A stretch of DNA of 64,000 nucleotides from the NCBI GenBank assembly GCA_965112735.1, contig OZ218955.1:1426001-1490000 (forward strand). Reading direction: 5' to 3'. Positions within the stretch are counted from its first letter, which is position 1. Every line of letters starts with the position of its first letter. Positions 11,203 through 29,128 of the stretch are shown here, piece by piece. The notes beneath the pieces are model-generated. The model saw only the letters and a list, made by a program, of their open reading frames with translations. It was not told where the DNA came from and searched no databases. Origin of the DNA: Phaeosaccion multiseriatum (taxonomy: Eukaryota > Protista > Ochrophyta, other classes). Both the position numbers and the translations under genes were made by a program.

Positions 11203-12410
11203 TCACATTTCGTCCTCCAGGAAGGAGTACTCGAAGGTAAACTCGCTCTTGACTCTCTGGCACCAGCCCGTCTCGTAGTCGAAGTACACATACGTGCCCT
11301 CCTCATACTCGTCCGTCGTCACCTGTGAACAAGAGAGCGCAAGTTGAGGGGGAGGGTGATAATCGAGTAAAGGATTTTAGATTTGGGCAAATGGAACACT
11401 GAAAGGAAAAAGGAGAATGAAAGGACGCTCGGCATCGATATAAAATCGACCTCCTTGATTGATACATACACTCGGTCAATTGGAATTCCTTGCATACCTT
11501 GGGCTCCTCGTGTCTCTGGAACCAAGTCATGTACTTCTTGTGGTATCTCCAGCTCTGCCGTTTCAGCTCCCGAGCCGCCAGGAACTGAGGATATGTGCCT
11601 GGACAGAGAATGACAAGGGTATGGCAACGGTGGAAATGACGGCATTGCATGGCCATGGGATGGCAGTGCATGGCAGGGAATGGCATTAGATGCCAGCGTA
11701 TTGAAACGCAGACTGTGGCTGTGGCCAGAGTAGACAACAGCAGATAGATAAGACTGGGGGTGCGGTGGTACGTACGGGAAAGGAGGAAACATGCTCGTTG
11801 CTCGTTGCGAGGGGAGGGTTACTGTAGCTGGGATACACACGCCCCCATCCACACGTCTCCCCCCCCCCCCCACACACACACACACCCACCCACCCACCCA
11901 TCTACACATGCATGTACCTTGCTGATAGTAGAAGATAAAGAACAGCAGGTCCGTACTGAAGTGCTGAAACATTTGTGGGGTCTCCAGAGCAGTGTTCGGC
12001 TGCGTAGGGAACGCCGCAGGGGTGCGGTACGGGTTGCGTGGGGTATAGTTCTTGGACCGTTCCGCGTCCGCAGGCGTGGGTGCGAGGACCATGCTCTGTT
12101 GAAGCATGGCCAGCCCTCGTTGTTGGTGGGGCGGTAGCTGTTGCTGCTGAGACTGCTGCTGCTGTATCAACTGCTGTTGCTGCTGCTGCTGCTGATGGTG
12201 GCTCTTCTGCTGCTCCGAGCTGACCCCGTTCAAGCCCCCGCTCGCCCCGTCTTGCGCTGCGTTGTTTGCGGGGCGTAAGTTGGGAGAGGGAGCCCCGGAC
12301 TTTGGCAGCTGCTGCTGAGAGGACTGCTGCTGTATCGCCAACTGCTGCTGCTGCTGCTGCTGCTTCTGCATATCGGACTGAGACTGCTGCGGTGACCGCT
12401 GGGCGAACGC

Positions 12411-12441
<31 letters not shown>

Positions 12442-15400
12442 TGTTGCATTCGCTGCTGCTGTGTTAAGGGTTGCTGCTGCTGAGGTGACCGTGCTGTCTG
12501 CTGCTGCTGCTGCTGTAGTTGCTGCTGCTGTTGCTGAGCTTGGAGCTGCTGCTGCTGCTGCTGCTGCTGCTGTCGCTGCAGTTGCTGCTGTTGTTGGAGC
12601 TGCTGCTGCTGGAGCTGCTGCTGTTGCTGGAGCTGCTGCTGTTGCTGGAGCTGCTGCTGCTGCTGTTGATGCTGCTGCTGCTGTTGATGCTGCTGAGGCG
12701 TCCCTTGCCTAGCCCCTTGCTGCGGCTGATTTGCACCACCCGAGGCTGACCTCTCCTGGTTCTGCTGCTGAGGAGTAAGAGAAGGCGACAACGGCTGCTG
12801 GGGCGTGCCCCCTCCTGACCCGGACGGCAGCTGGCCTGTTGCTTGCTGCTGCTTCTTCGCCCCCTGTGATACAGCCCGGCCAATGCCCGCCATAGGCAGC
12901 CCTCCCCCCCCAGTGCTGGAGGTGGTGCTGCTGCTGCTACTAGTACTCCGATCTCGAATGGCCTTGTTGCTATTTGGTGCCGTCGGTGGCAGTCCCCCCG
13001 CTCCTCCTACTGGTACTGCCGCCGCCCCTGCTGCTGCTGCCGCCGCTGCTGTTGATGCCCCCCCTGCCCCGGGAGCTACCGTACCACCAACTGCACCACC
13101 AACTCCTGGTGGCGCAGCAGCCGTCGCTGCTGATGCTGCTGGCGTAGCTGCTGCTGCTGCTGCTGCTGCTGCCGCTGAAACGGTGGCGGGCCGAGGTTCC
13201 TTCTTGGCCACTGCTCGTCCGATGCTAATGCCTCCCATCGGAGCCGCCACTGACGCTCGACTCTTCTTAACCTTGGCAGCCTTCCCCGACGACCCAGAGG
13301 TGGAGCCTCCCTCGCCTCCACCTTCCTCGTCCTCTTCCCCTCCCCCTCCTCCTCCTGCTGTGGACCCCTTTCCACCGCCTTTTCCGCCAGTGGATGGCGT
13401 AGCGGTGGAGTTGGTGCCTGCGGGGGGAAGGTCAAGCTCCAGAGCCTCGTAGAAGTCGTAGGTGTCCACTCCTGGTTTCTCAATGTTCTGTCGTATGCAT
13501 GTGTTTGGAGCAGGTGAAGCATGTTTATGTGAGTGTGTGTATGTATGTATGTTTGTGTGTACGTGTGTGTATACGTGTGTGTGTGTAGTTCGGGAAGAGA
13601 GATGAGTTCGTTCGATGTGATGCAGTGGAGGAGGGGCGGGAAAAGGGGAAGGGGGGAGGGGTTGTTTTAGTCAGAGGGATTTCGCCTCGGCTTAGAAGAG
13701 AGGAAAGGGAAGGAATGAGCTCATTCACTCACTCCCTTTCTCTCTCGCAGTCAACTCATCTCCACCCCTACCTCACCCACTTAACTCACCCACTCACTCA
13801 CTCGCATACTCGCCCGTCCACCCACCCACTCACACCCCCACTCACTCACTCACTCAGTCACTCAGTCACTCAGTCACTCAGTCACTCAGTCACTCACTCA
13901 GTCAGTCACTCACTCACTCACTCACGCACTCACTTACTCACTCACTCACTCACTCACTCAGTCACTCAGTCACTCACTCAGTCAGTCACTCACTCACTCA
14001 CGCACTCACTTACTCACACCCCCACTCACTCACTCACTCACTCACTTCACTCACTCCACTCACTCACTCACTCCACTCACTCACTCACTCACTCACTCAC
14101 TTCACTCACTCCACTCACTCACTCACTCACTCACTTCACTCCACTCACTCACTCACACACACACTCACTCACTCACTCACTCACTCACTCACTCACACAC
14201 TCACTCACCTCCGCGCCTCCCTCTCCGTTCTCAATGTAAAAGTCGAGATCGTCTTTGATCTCATCCACTGCCTCTGCGTCCACCTCGTCGTTGTCCAGCA
14301 TACGCATAATCTGCACGGGGGTGGAGCAAGGAAGGAAGGAAGGAAGGGGAGGAGGGAGGGGAGGGAGGAAGAAAGGCAAGGGGAGAAGGGGAGGGAGGGA
14401 GGGGTTTGGGAGGGGCGAAAGGGAAGTGCAGATAGAAGGGCCAGTCGGAATGGATGGATAAGAAGCAGCAGGCAAAAACAAGAGAAGCAAAGAAGGAGGG
14501 GCGTCTTCCAGCTATATATATACTCTATTCCACCCTAAGACAGGCCGTGTGGAAGTAGCAGCCTGCCCGCCAGCTTGGCACCTGGTCAACACACCTTGCT
14601 TCCTCAGCCTTTGACTTTCCTCTTGCGCGCCTCCGTCCCTCCCTCCCATCCCTCCTTCCCTCCCGTCCCTCCCTCCCTCAACCCCCCCCCCCCCCCTTCT
14701 TGCCCAACCAATCCACTTGCCTGTTCGCAGCGCCCAATGTGATACCGGTGTTGAGTCGTGCCGTTGTCGAGGGTGGCAATCTTGTCGGCATCTTTGGCCT
14801 TCTTCTTGCCGCTCGTCAGCTTCTCTAGGTCTGCCTCATACGAGTCTATTTGGGCATTGAGGTCGTCGATTTTGTCCTGCAGCCAATCTCTCCTCTCCTG
14901 CCGAGCCTGCTCCTCCGGGTCCGCTTGAGCAGCGCGTGCCAAGCCCTCTTTGCTGAAGGCTTTTGTCTTTGTTTCCTTTTCGCAAACCTTGAATACATAC
15001 AAGGTAGGGTTTGTTTGTGTATGTGTGTGTGGGTGGGTGGGTGGGGTTGGCGTGGGTTAGCACCGCAGTAGACAGCAAGCAAGCAGACCAGCAGCATCAC
15101 ACAAGCAATCACGCCATTGGTTGCGCAAAAGCAAAGCAACATCAAGCGGTACATAGGTAGGTGTGCAGTGCACCCACTCATTATCGTAACGGCTCGGACT
15201 CGGCTCGTTCCCCCCCCCCCCCACATACCTTAAACTGCTCCATCTTGCTCTCTATCCGTTTCCGGGCATCCAGCAGGGCCTTCTTGTCCTTAATGTCGTT
15301 ATTCGCTATCCACGTTTTGATGCTGTCTCTATGTCGCTGCAGCTTCTTAATCTCCTTCTTCAAGTCACCCTCGTACTTCTCCTTTTGGTTCTGCTGCGTG

Positions 15401-15874
15401 GCTGAGTACACCTTGTCCCAGATCTCATCAAACACAACGACTCCTTCCTCCACTTTCTTCATCACTCGGTCGATCTCCGCTGCATTGTTGGGGACGTGCG
15501 TAGATTAAGGTCGTGTGTGTTGAGGTAGTAGCAAAGAGAGCAAGAGTGAGAGAGGGGATGGGAGGAGGGAGGGGGGGGGAAGAGGGAGAGCACAAACAGT
15601 ACATGTATCTCTTCCGTTTCTCGTCTCCTCTGTCCACTCCGACCCCCTACCCCCTGAGGGTGGACAACATCAAGCAAGGCCACCGCATGATAGAGCTAGT
15701 GAATGGTGCGTGAGCAGGAGATCAAGAAGGACGAGAAGGAAGAGGGAAGAGCCGGTGATCGAAGTCCTTCAGCAAAGCGGCACGACAGAAACCACATAGC
15801 TCGTTATATTCGTACGCCAGCCCCCCTTCATATAACTTACTCTGCTCTTTCCGCTTATTCCCCATTTTCGCCAT
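11203..15874 (-). CDS. CNOT3: CCR4-NOT complex subunit 3 (Not3/Not5), ~814 aa, poly-Q middle region
   Basis: Exons 15874-15841, 15479-15229, 14987-14721 (followed by a GC-AG intron), 14310-14209, 13487-11918, 11598-11498, 11322-11203. N-terminal [22 protein letters not shown]...[21 protein letters not shown]...[17 protein letters not shown] box [43 protein letters not shown]...[33 protein letters not shown]. Confidence 0.96.
13780..14208. repeat. (TCAC)n microsatellite; (GTGA)n on the CNOT3 sense strand, starting at the donor site
   Basis: Direct reading. Confidence 0.9.
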
Positions 15875-17203
15875 GGTTGCCTCCTCGCAGGCTCCCTCCC
15901 GAAGAGGAAAGGGAGAGGGGGATCAAGCTGGGATCAAGTTGATGAGCTGCTCCGTCTTGCTCCTTCTCAACTCCTCGCGCTCTTCACGCACTGCCACCAA
16001 AATACCTCAGAGACCACAGGAGGCTGACTCAGCATGAAGAGGCCCTTCTTCCCCACTTCCCCCTCTCCGCCTTGTTGCACACAAAATTGCGATGAAGGGA
16101 AGCCCCCCGGGGTCTAAGAATATCGATATTATCGACAAAAGCACGCGTCGACTCCTCCCAAACAAACAGCAAGCCCTCTCATCTCAAACACGGGGCGCAG
16201 CAGGGAGGAAGCAGCGTGTGGTTGTGTGCTCACCGGAAGGTAAGGGAGTTGTTCTTGGCGCACCTTCTTTTTGGCTTGTTGTAGTTGCATGCTCTTCCCT
16301 CTTCGCTTTTTTGGGAGATCCACGCCGTTCGGTGCATTTCACAGAGCCTTCTCTGATCAAACTTGAGACAGAACACGAGACAGGGAAGGAGGATGATGCA
16401 GCCAAAGGAAGATCGAAATGCGTACAGCGTAGAGTGACTGTGTTGCCCAGAGTGAGGATTGTAAAGAAGGGAGAAAGGGCAAAATGTGGTGACAAGAGAC
16501 ACGCAAGTTGGGAGAAGGGGGGAAAAGGCTTGGTGGTAGCAGTGGCTCTTGACCGGGCCAGCAAAGGGAGGAATGTGGAGGCGCGGTGAACGTGAGGAAG
16601 AGTATCCCAGAGTGTGAGAGCTGTATTGGCGTACGTCTCTGTGTTTCATCAGACGGAAGGGAGAACAGGAGATGGAGCAGCCCGAAGATGGGTCCTCGTG
16701 TCCTCTTCTCCAATACAAGGCGAAATCTCTTGCACTGTCTCTCTTCGCTCTCTCCTTGACACCCCTCTTGGCGCTTAGAAAGGCCCTCTTCCCCGGGTTA
16801 ACTCGCAACAACTCCGTCGTCCGTATCATTCCCCAACGCCCCCCCTCCCCCCCCTTTCGTCCTCCTGTTGCGTTACCTTGCCAAAACTTCCCTCTCATCT
16901 CACGTGCGATCGATCCTTCGCTACCTCTTGTTGTCCATTTCCTTATCCACAGAAGGCGCCTTTCCCCAGAACGCGTGATTGGAGGAAGACAGGAGACAAA
17001 AGACACCAAACGACGTCTCTCTCTCCCAGGCACACGCACCCTATATACAAGCACTCCATCCCCACCACGTAGAGCAGCCGACGAGCGCGCTTAAGCTCTC
17101 CTGGGGCTCTTCATTCCTTCATTCCACCCCCCCCCCTCTCTCTCTCTCCACCGTACTCTCTTCCTTCCCTCCACCGCTTTCGCCTTGGCCTTCACACCGC
17201 ATC

Positions 17204-22471
<5,268 letters not shown>

Positions 22472-23550
22472 CCGGACTCCGAGAAGGGACTCCGGGAAGG
22501 GTTGGACAGGGAGGGAGGGAGGGAGGGAGGGAGGGAGGGAGGGAGGGAGGGAAAGAGGGCTGTGTCTCGTTCGTCCCTCCGTGACGGACGGACTTACGGA
22601 CTTCCGGGCTTACCAACTCCACGACATGTGACTCTAATTTGGACTCATATGACTCTACTATGCCCGCAGTAAGCGAGGCACAGGGAGGGTGAGCGGGTTA
22701 GAGGGGCAGAGGGATGGCAGTGGATGGAAGGGGCGGAGCAAGGGATGACATCAGTCAACACGAGTCGAGGAGACGGGATGGATGGGTCATGCCTGCGAAG
22801 CACGCGAAGGAAGCACGCGAGGACACACGAGCAAGGGGGTTGGTTTGTCATTTGTGACTTGGTTGGTTTGCTTGCCGCCCGCTGGAAACATTCTCTCCAT
22901 TGAGTGTTACGGCGTGCGGGGTGTGGTGGGATGGGAGGGAGAGAGGGAGGGAGGGAGAGAGGGAGGGAGAGAGGGAGGGCTCTTTTTAAGAGACCTTTTG
23001 AATGTCGTGGTGATGCCTTGGCGCTTGCCATAAGTGGGAAGAGGGGGGGGAGGAGAGGAGAGAACAGGAGAGGAGAGGGACGGAGGAGGTCAGCAGCGGT
23101 GTATAGCGCGTGGACGGCTGGGCGACAGTCGGCAAGTTGGTGATACAGCGGCGCAGCAGGCAAGTTTGTCATTTGTGATGATACATAGAGCAGTAGCAGC
23201 AGCAGCAGTAGCAGCAGCAGCGCTTGCTCGTCGTGTGTGCGGAGAGGGGGGGGGGATCACCCGGAGAGGGGGGGGGGATCAGCCGGAGAGGGGGGGGGGG
23301 ATCAGCCGGAGAGGGCCAGAGAGACACGAGGGGGGGGGTTGCTGACGCTGGAGAGAGAGAGCTGTGGGAGGGGAGGCCGGAGGGGGGCGGGTGTGGGGGA
23401 CAAAGGAAGGACAACCGGCTCTATGGGACAGGACAGGACAGGACAGGACACAGCCCCCACCACTTATCTATTTACTTATCTTCAGTGGCAGACAATTTTT
23501 ACTTTATACAATAAAAAGAGAGAAAGTGATGTTCCCATTCATTCGTTCTT

Positions 23551-26500
23551 TCAATAATTGGGTGTCCTCACGCCCATTTGCCCCCCCATGGCAAAGGGAG
23601 ACGGAGACGGGGACACCTCCTTTCCACCCGCAGTCTTCTCCTCCTCCTCCTTCTCCTCCTCCTCCTCCTCCTCATCCTCCTCCTCAACTCCTCCCCCTCC
23701 TCCTCCTCCTCCCCGCCCGGAGGTATTCCCCTCCTTGCGTCGCCCGCTACCTCCTCCTCCTCCTCTTCCTCCTCCTCCCCCCAACTTCCTTCCTGTCCCT
23801 CCCCCCTTTCGGTTGCCATCCTTTGACTTACGACCCGACAGGATGGCAGCTCGCGCCGCCTCTTGCTCGCGTACCTCCTCTTTTCGAGCGTGCGCCATGA
23901 GCCAGGCGTACTGGTAGCCACCGCACCCCTGCTGGGCACCTCCTCCTCCCCCTCCTTCTCCCCCTCCTCCTTCTTCTCCTCCTCCTCCTCCTCCTCCTCC
24001 TCCTCCTCCTCCTCCGGCTGCTGCTGCTGCTGCTGCTGCTGCCACAACTGCTGCTCCCACCGCTGCCCCCCCCCCATCCATCACCACCGACTTTGGACTC
24101 ACCCCCGCCCGTACCAGCAGCTGAGCACACTCGTGCTGTCTTGCGTTGAGCGCCTTCGCCAACACCGTCTCTCTCTGAGCATTCACCTCCTCCAGTTGAT
24201 CCACGAGGAAGGTGGGGTGCTGGAGTAAGTCAGTGAGGAAGGAGGTGTTGCCAGAGGCAGCGGCGAGGTGTAGAAGGGTATTGCCTTCGCAGTCACACAG
24301 ACCCGATACGAGGGCTCCCAAGCCGAGCAGCACGTGGGTGCAGCCCCATCTGGAGGGACGGGAGAGGGGAGGGGGGGGGGGGTGTCAGGACAGGGGGTGA
24401 GTGTTCAAGTCAACGTCGACCTTCTTTACACATACAACCATGTCTGATTCCCATACACCTCTCTATACACTCATCATCATCATCAAGTACAGTACCTGCA
24501 GTCGTTGGCGTACATACCCCCTATACCCAAATACCCATATACCCATACACCTCTCTATACACTCATCATCATTATCAAGTACAGTACCTGCAGTCGTTGG
24601 CGTACATACCCCCTATACCCATATACCCATATACCCATACACCTCTCTATACACTCATCATCATTATCAAGTACAGTACCTGCAGTCGATGACGGCTGTG
24701 CCGAGCAGCGTGCGGCCGTAGTGATTGGTCCAGCGCAGCACATCAATGCTGTCCCTGCCCGATGCAATCGTGCTCAAACAAGCTGAGTGGTCTTGAGCCA
24801 CGCAACGGAAGGCCAGAATCTGTAGTCAAGAGGGGAGTGGAGTGTGTGTGGTGTGTATGTGTAGTGTATGTGTTTCCGTGTGTGTATGTGTGTGTGTGCG
24901 TGTGTGTATATGTGTGTGTGTGCGGATGCGTGCGTTTGAGTGGTGGTGGTGGTGGTGGTGTTGCGTGTGTGAGTGAGTGAGTGAGTGAGTGAGTGCGTGA
25001 GTGTGCATATGTGTACGCCCCATCCCTCCCCTTCTCTCCCCTCCCCTTCTCTCCCCTCCCCTCCCTCCGCTCCCCCTCCCCTCCCTTCGCCTCCCCGCCC
25101 CTCCCCCCCCCCCCCTCCCTCCGTCCGTCCGTCCGTCCCTCCCTCCCTCCCTCCCTCCCTCCCTCCCTCCCTCCCTCCCTCCCTCCCTCCCTCCCTCCCT
25201 CCCTCCCTCCCTCCCTCCCTCCCTCCCTCCCTCCCTCCCTCCCTCCCTCCCTCCCTCCCTCCCTCCCTCCCTCCCTCCCTCCCTCCCTCCCTCCCTCCCT
25301 CCCTCCCTCCCTCCCTCCCTCCCTCCCTCCCTCCCTCCCTCCCTCCCTCCCTCCCTCCCTCCCTCCCTCCCTCCCTCCCTCCCTCCGTCCCTCCCTCCCT
25401 CCCTCCCTCCCTCCCTCCCTCCCTCCCTCCCTCCCTCCCTCCCTCCCTCACTCCCCCCCTCCCTCCCTCCCTCCCTCCCCTCCCCTCTCCTCACCTGAGC
25501 ATGCCTCTCCCCCCACGAGAGCATTCGAAGTGGCGGTAAGAGCACTGCCAGCGCAGTAGCATTGCCCCGATCGACTGCGAGCATTGCTGCTGTGCGTCTC
25601 TCGGCGTCTCTGGCCCCCGCCTTGGCCCCTGCAGAGAGGAGGAAGGACACGACCTCCTTGCTCTCGGTGTCGTCGGTGGCGGAGAGGGCGTGATGAAGCT
25701 GGGTGTGTTTGGGTGTGTTTGGGTGTGTTTGGGTGTGTGTGGGTGCGCGCGTGGGTGGGGAGGAGGGGAGCAGTGTCGTATTCGATGACAAGAGAGAGAG
25801 AGATGGAGAGGAGAGAGAGAGGAGAGAGAGACAGAGAGAGAGGGAGAGAGACGAGAGGGAGAGAGGAGAGAGAGAGAGAGAGAGAGAAAGAGAAAGAGAG
25901 AGAGAAAGAGACAGAGACAGAGAGAGAGAGATAGGAGAGAGCTCTGTAAGCACGGGGTCGGAGTGAGTCCACTCCCGCTCCTACTCCCATGCGACCACCC
26001 ACTCACATACTTCCACGCAGTCACCCACCCACCCTCTCTCCTCCTGACACCCACCCACCCACCCCCTGTCCTGACACCTATTGACTCACCGCTGTAGCCC
26101 CATAGTGGTCTTTGACATGCACATCGGCGCCAATGCCCACCAGTGCCTTACACCCCTGCCTCGATCCGGCGGCAGCGGCAAGGTGCAGCGGCGTCCGACC
26201 ATGCTCCTTCTCCTGCACATTGACTTCCATCGCCTGCACCGCACCACCGCCAGGTCCACTAGTTGGTGATTCGAGGCCTCCTTGTCCTTCTTCACCGTCA
26301 CTGCCAACACCGTCAGGTCCAGCGGTTGATGATTCATTGATGAGGAAGTTGCTGGCCCTGGTTGCACCGCCGCCGCTTCCGGTTCCATCACTGCTGCGGC
26401 TGGTGTTGCTCCACTGGCATTGGGGCGACTGAGCCAGGAGATGGTAAGGGGTCATGCCTTGGTTATCCGCCTCTCCCATGTCGGCAACCTGTGAGTTTTT

Positions 26501-29044
26501 TTGGAATAAGGCAGTCAGTAAGTCAGTGATTCAATACCGAGATATCGACTGCAATTACGTATTGGATGTTGATAAGGTCGCATAAACTGAAAATTGAAAA
26601 CTGATAACGAGTAGGAATGGTGAGGGCAGGGACAGCCGCGCACGCCCTCACTCATGCACTCACTCATGCACTCACTCATGCACTCACTCATGCACTCACT
26701 CATGCACTCACTCGCGTGCGCGCGCAACACACACACACACACGCACAAACACACACACATACATACACACACACACGCACACACGCACACACACTAACGC
26801 ACGCACACACACGTACACACGCATACACGCATACACATACACACGCACACACACTAACGCACTCATGCACACACACACACACATGTACACGCACACACGC
26901 ACACACGCACAAACACACACACATGCACACACGTACACATGCACACACAACACACACGCACACACGCACACACACTAACGCACTCATGCACACACACACA
27001 CATGTACACGCACACACGCACACACGCACACATGCATACACATGCACACACGTACACATGCACACACAACACACACGCACACACACACATACACGCGCAC
27101 ACGCGCACTCACGCACACACACACATACATACACACACACACACACACACATACACACACACACATACACACGCACACACTCACCATGAGTCCCGATTGG
27201 TTCGGCTGGGCCAACAGCTGCTTGACACTAGAGAGGAGGCCGTTGGCAGCAGCGTGATGGAGAGCGTTTCTGCCTGCGTTATCGGTGCTCGTGAAGTCAA
27301 CGACATGCTCCAGGCACAGCTCAATGACCTTTGCGTGTGGGGGGGAGGGAGGGGGGAGGGGAGGGGAGGGGAGGGGATGGGAGGGGAGGAAGGTTGGGCC
27401 CGGGTCAGACACACCATTACGTATGCTTAGTTTGTTGACATAGTGACTTGACAAGACCTACCGCGGAGTGCCCTCCTCTTGCCGAGGCGAGCCCTAGCGT
27501 GTCCCCCGTGGCCCAGTACTGCTCATCGTCCCCGAAGCCGAAGCGCAAGGCCATGCCCACCAGCCAAGTCTGCCCTTTCTCCGCGGCCCTCAATACCCCC
27601 AATACGTCTTCGTCCGTCCATACATCGGGCAGCAGTGAAGGCCCGAAGAGGTCTCCTGCTCCGCCTCCTCCTCCTCCTCCTCCTCCTCCTGCTATTCCTC
27701 CTCCTCCTCCTTCTGCTGTTCCTCCTCCTCCTCCTGCTGCTGTTCCTCCTCCTCCTCCTTCTTCTTCTTCTCCTCCTCCTCCTCCTCCTCCTCCTCCTCC
27801 TCCTCCTCCTCCTCCTCCTCCTCCTCCTCCTCCTCCTCCTCCTCCTCCTCCTCCTCCTCCTCCTCCTCCTCCTTCTTCTTCTTCTCCTTCTCCTCCTCCT
27901 CCTCCTTCTCCTTCTCCTCCTCCTGCTCCTCCTCCCCCTCCCCCTCCCCCTCCCCCTCCTCCTCCTTCTCCTCCTCCTCCTTCTCCTCCTTCTCCTCCTC
28001 CTCCTCCTCCTCCTCCTCCTCCTCCTCCTCCTCCTCCTCCTCCTCCTCCTCCTCCTCCCCCTCCTTCTCCTCCTCCTTCTCCTCCTCCTCCCCCTCCTCC
28101 TCCTCCTCCTCCTCCTCCTCCTCCTCCTCCTCCTTCTCCTCCTTCTCCTCCTCCACCTGCTTCTCCTCCTCCTCCTCCAACTGCGGCTGCACTTCCTCCA
28201 CCTCCCTCCTCCTCCTCCCCCGCCTCCTTCTCCCCCTCTCCCTCTTTCTCCTCCCCCTCCACCCTCTCCTTTTCCACCTTCCCCTCCCCTCCCTCCAGCT
28301 CCTTCTCCCCCACCCCCTCCTCCCCCTGCTCCTCTCCCTCCTTCTCCCCCGCGCCCTCCACCCTCTCCTCCTCGCCCTCCCCCCCCTTCTCCTCCCCGTC
28401 CTCATCCCCGTCGCCCCCCCCCGCTCTCTCCACCCCCCCCTCGCCCCCCTCCTCCACGACACGATCGTCCATGCCTTCCGTCACTTCGCAGAGCAGCCGA
28501 GCCACCTGTTCCGGTTTCGGTTTCGGTTTCGGTTTCAGATTCGACGGTCAGAAAGACACACTGCACCTCATACCATATGCTGACAGGCTGATGAACATGT
28601 TAAGAGGAGAGACGACTAAAGAGATAGAGGGAAAGAATGGGCGAGAAAGAGAGCGAGGGAGAGAGAGAAGAGAGAGAGAGAGGGCGAGAAAGAGAGCGAG
28701 AAAGAGAGCGAGAGAAGGAGGGAGAGAAGAGAAGAGAGAGAGAGAGAGAGACGGAGAGAGAGAGCGGGAGGGGGAGAAGAGAAAGAGAGAGTGGAAGAGA
28801 GAAGGAGAGAGATAGAGAAGGAGAGAGAGAGAGAAAGAAAGAGAGAGAGAAAGAGAGAGAGAGAGGGGGCGAGAGAGAGGGGGAGAGGGAGAAAAGGGGA
28901 GAAAGAGAAGAGAGAGAGACAGAGGGAGATGAAGTACACGACGCTCTACCAACTATAACATTACGTAGGTGATTACGTGACGGGACGACCCTTTAACACT
29001 CCGCACACTCTCTCTCACACACACAAGCACACTCCACACACTCA

Positions 29045-29128
<84 letters not shown>

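Noticed and set aside
16092-17094. Overlapping ORFs between CNOT3 and coronin
   Set aside because: No motifs or splice support; more likely UTR and promoter sequence.
24774-27454. Long ORFs such as (EGGR)n, (PSLP)n, (HT)n and (CV)n here and throughout the track
   Set aside because: Translations of intronic microsatellites.
27448-28815. 455-aa poly-Pro, extensin- or formin-like ORF on the + strand
   Set aside because: Antisense shadow of the (GGA)n tract in the ANK-IQ exon; no FH2 domain or signal peptide.
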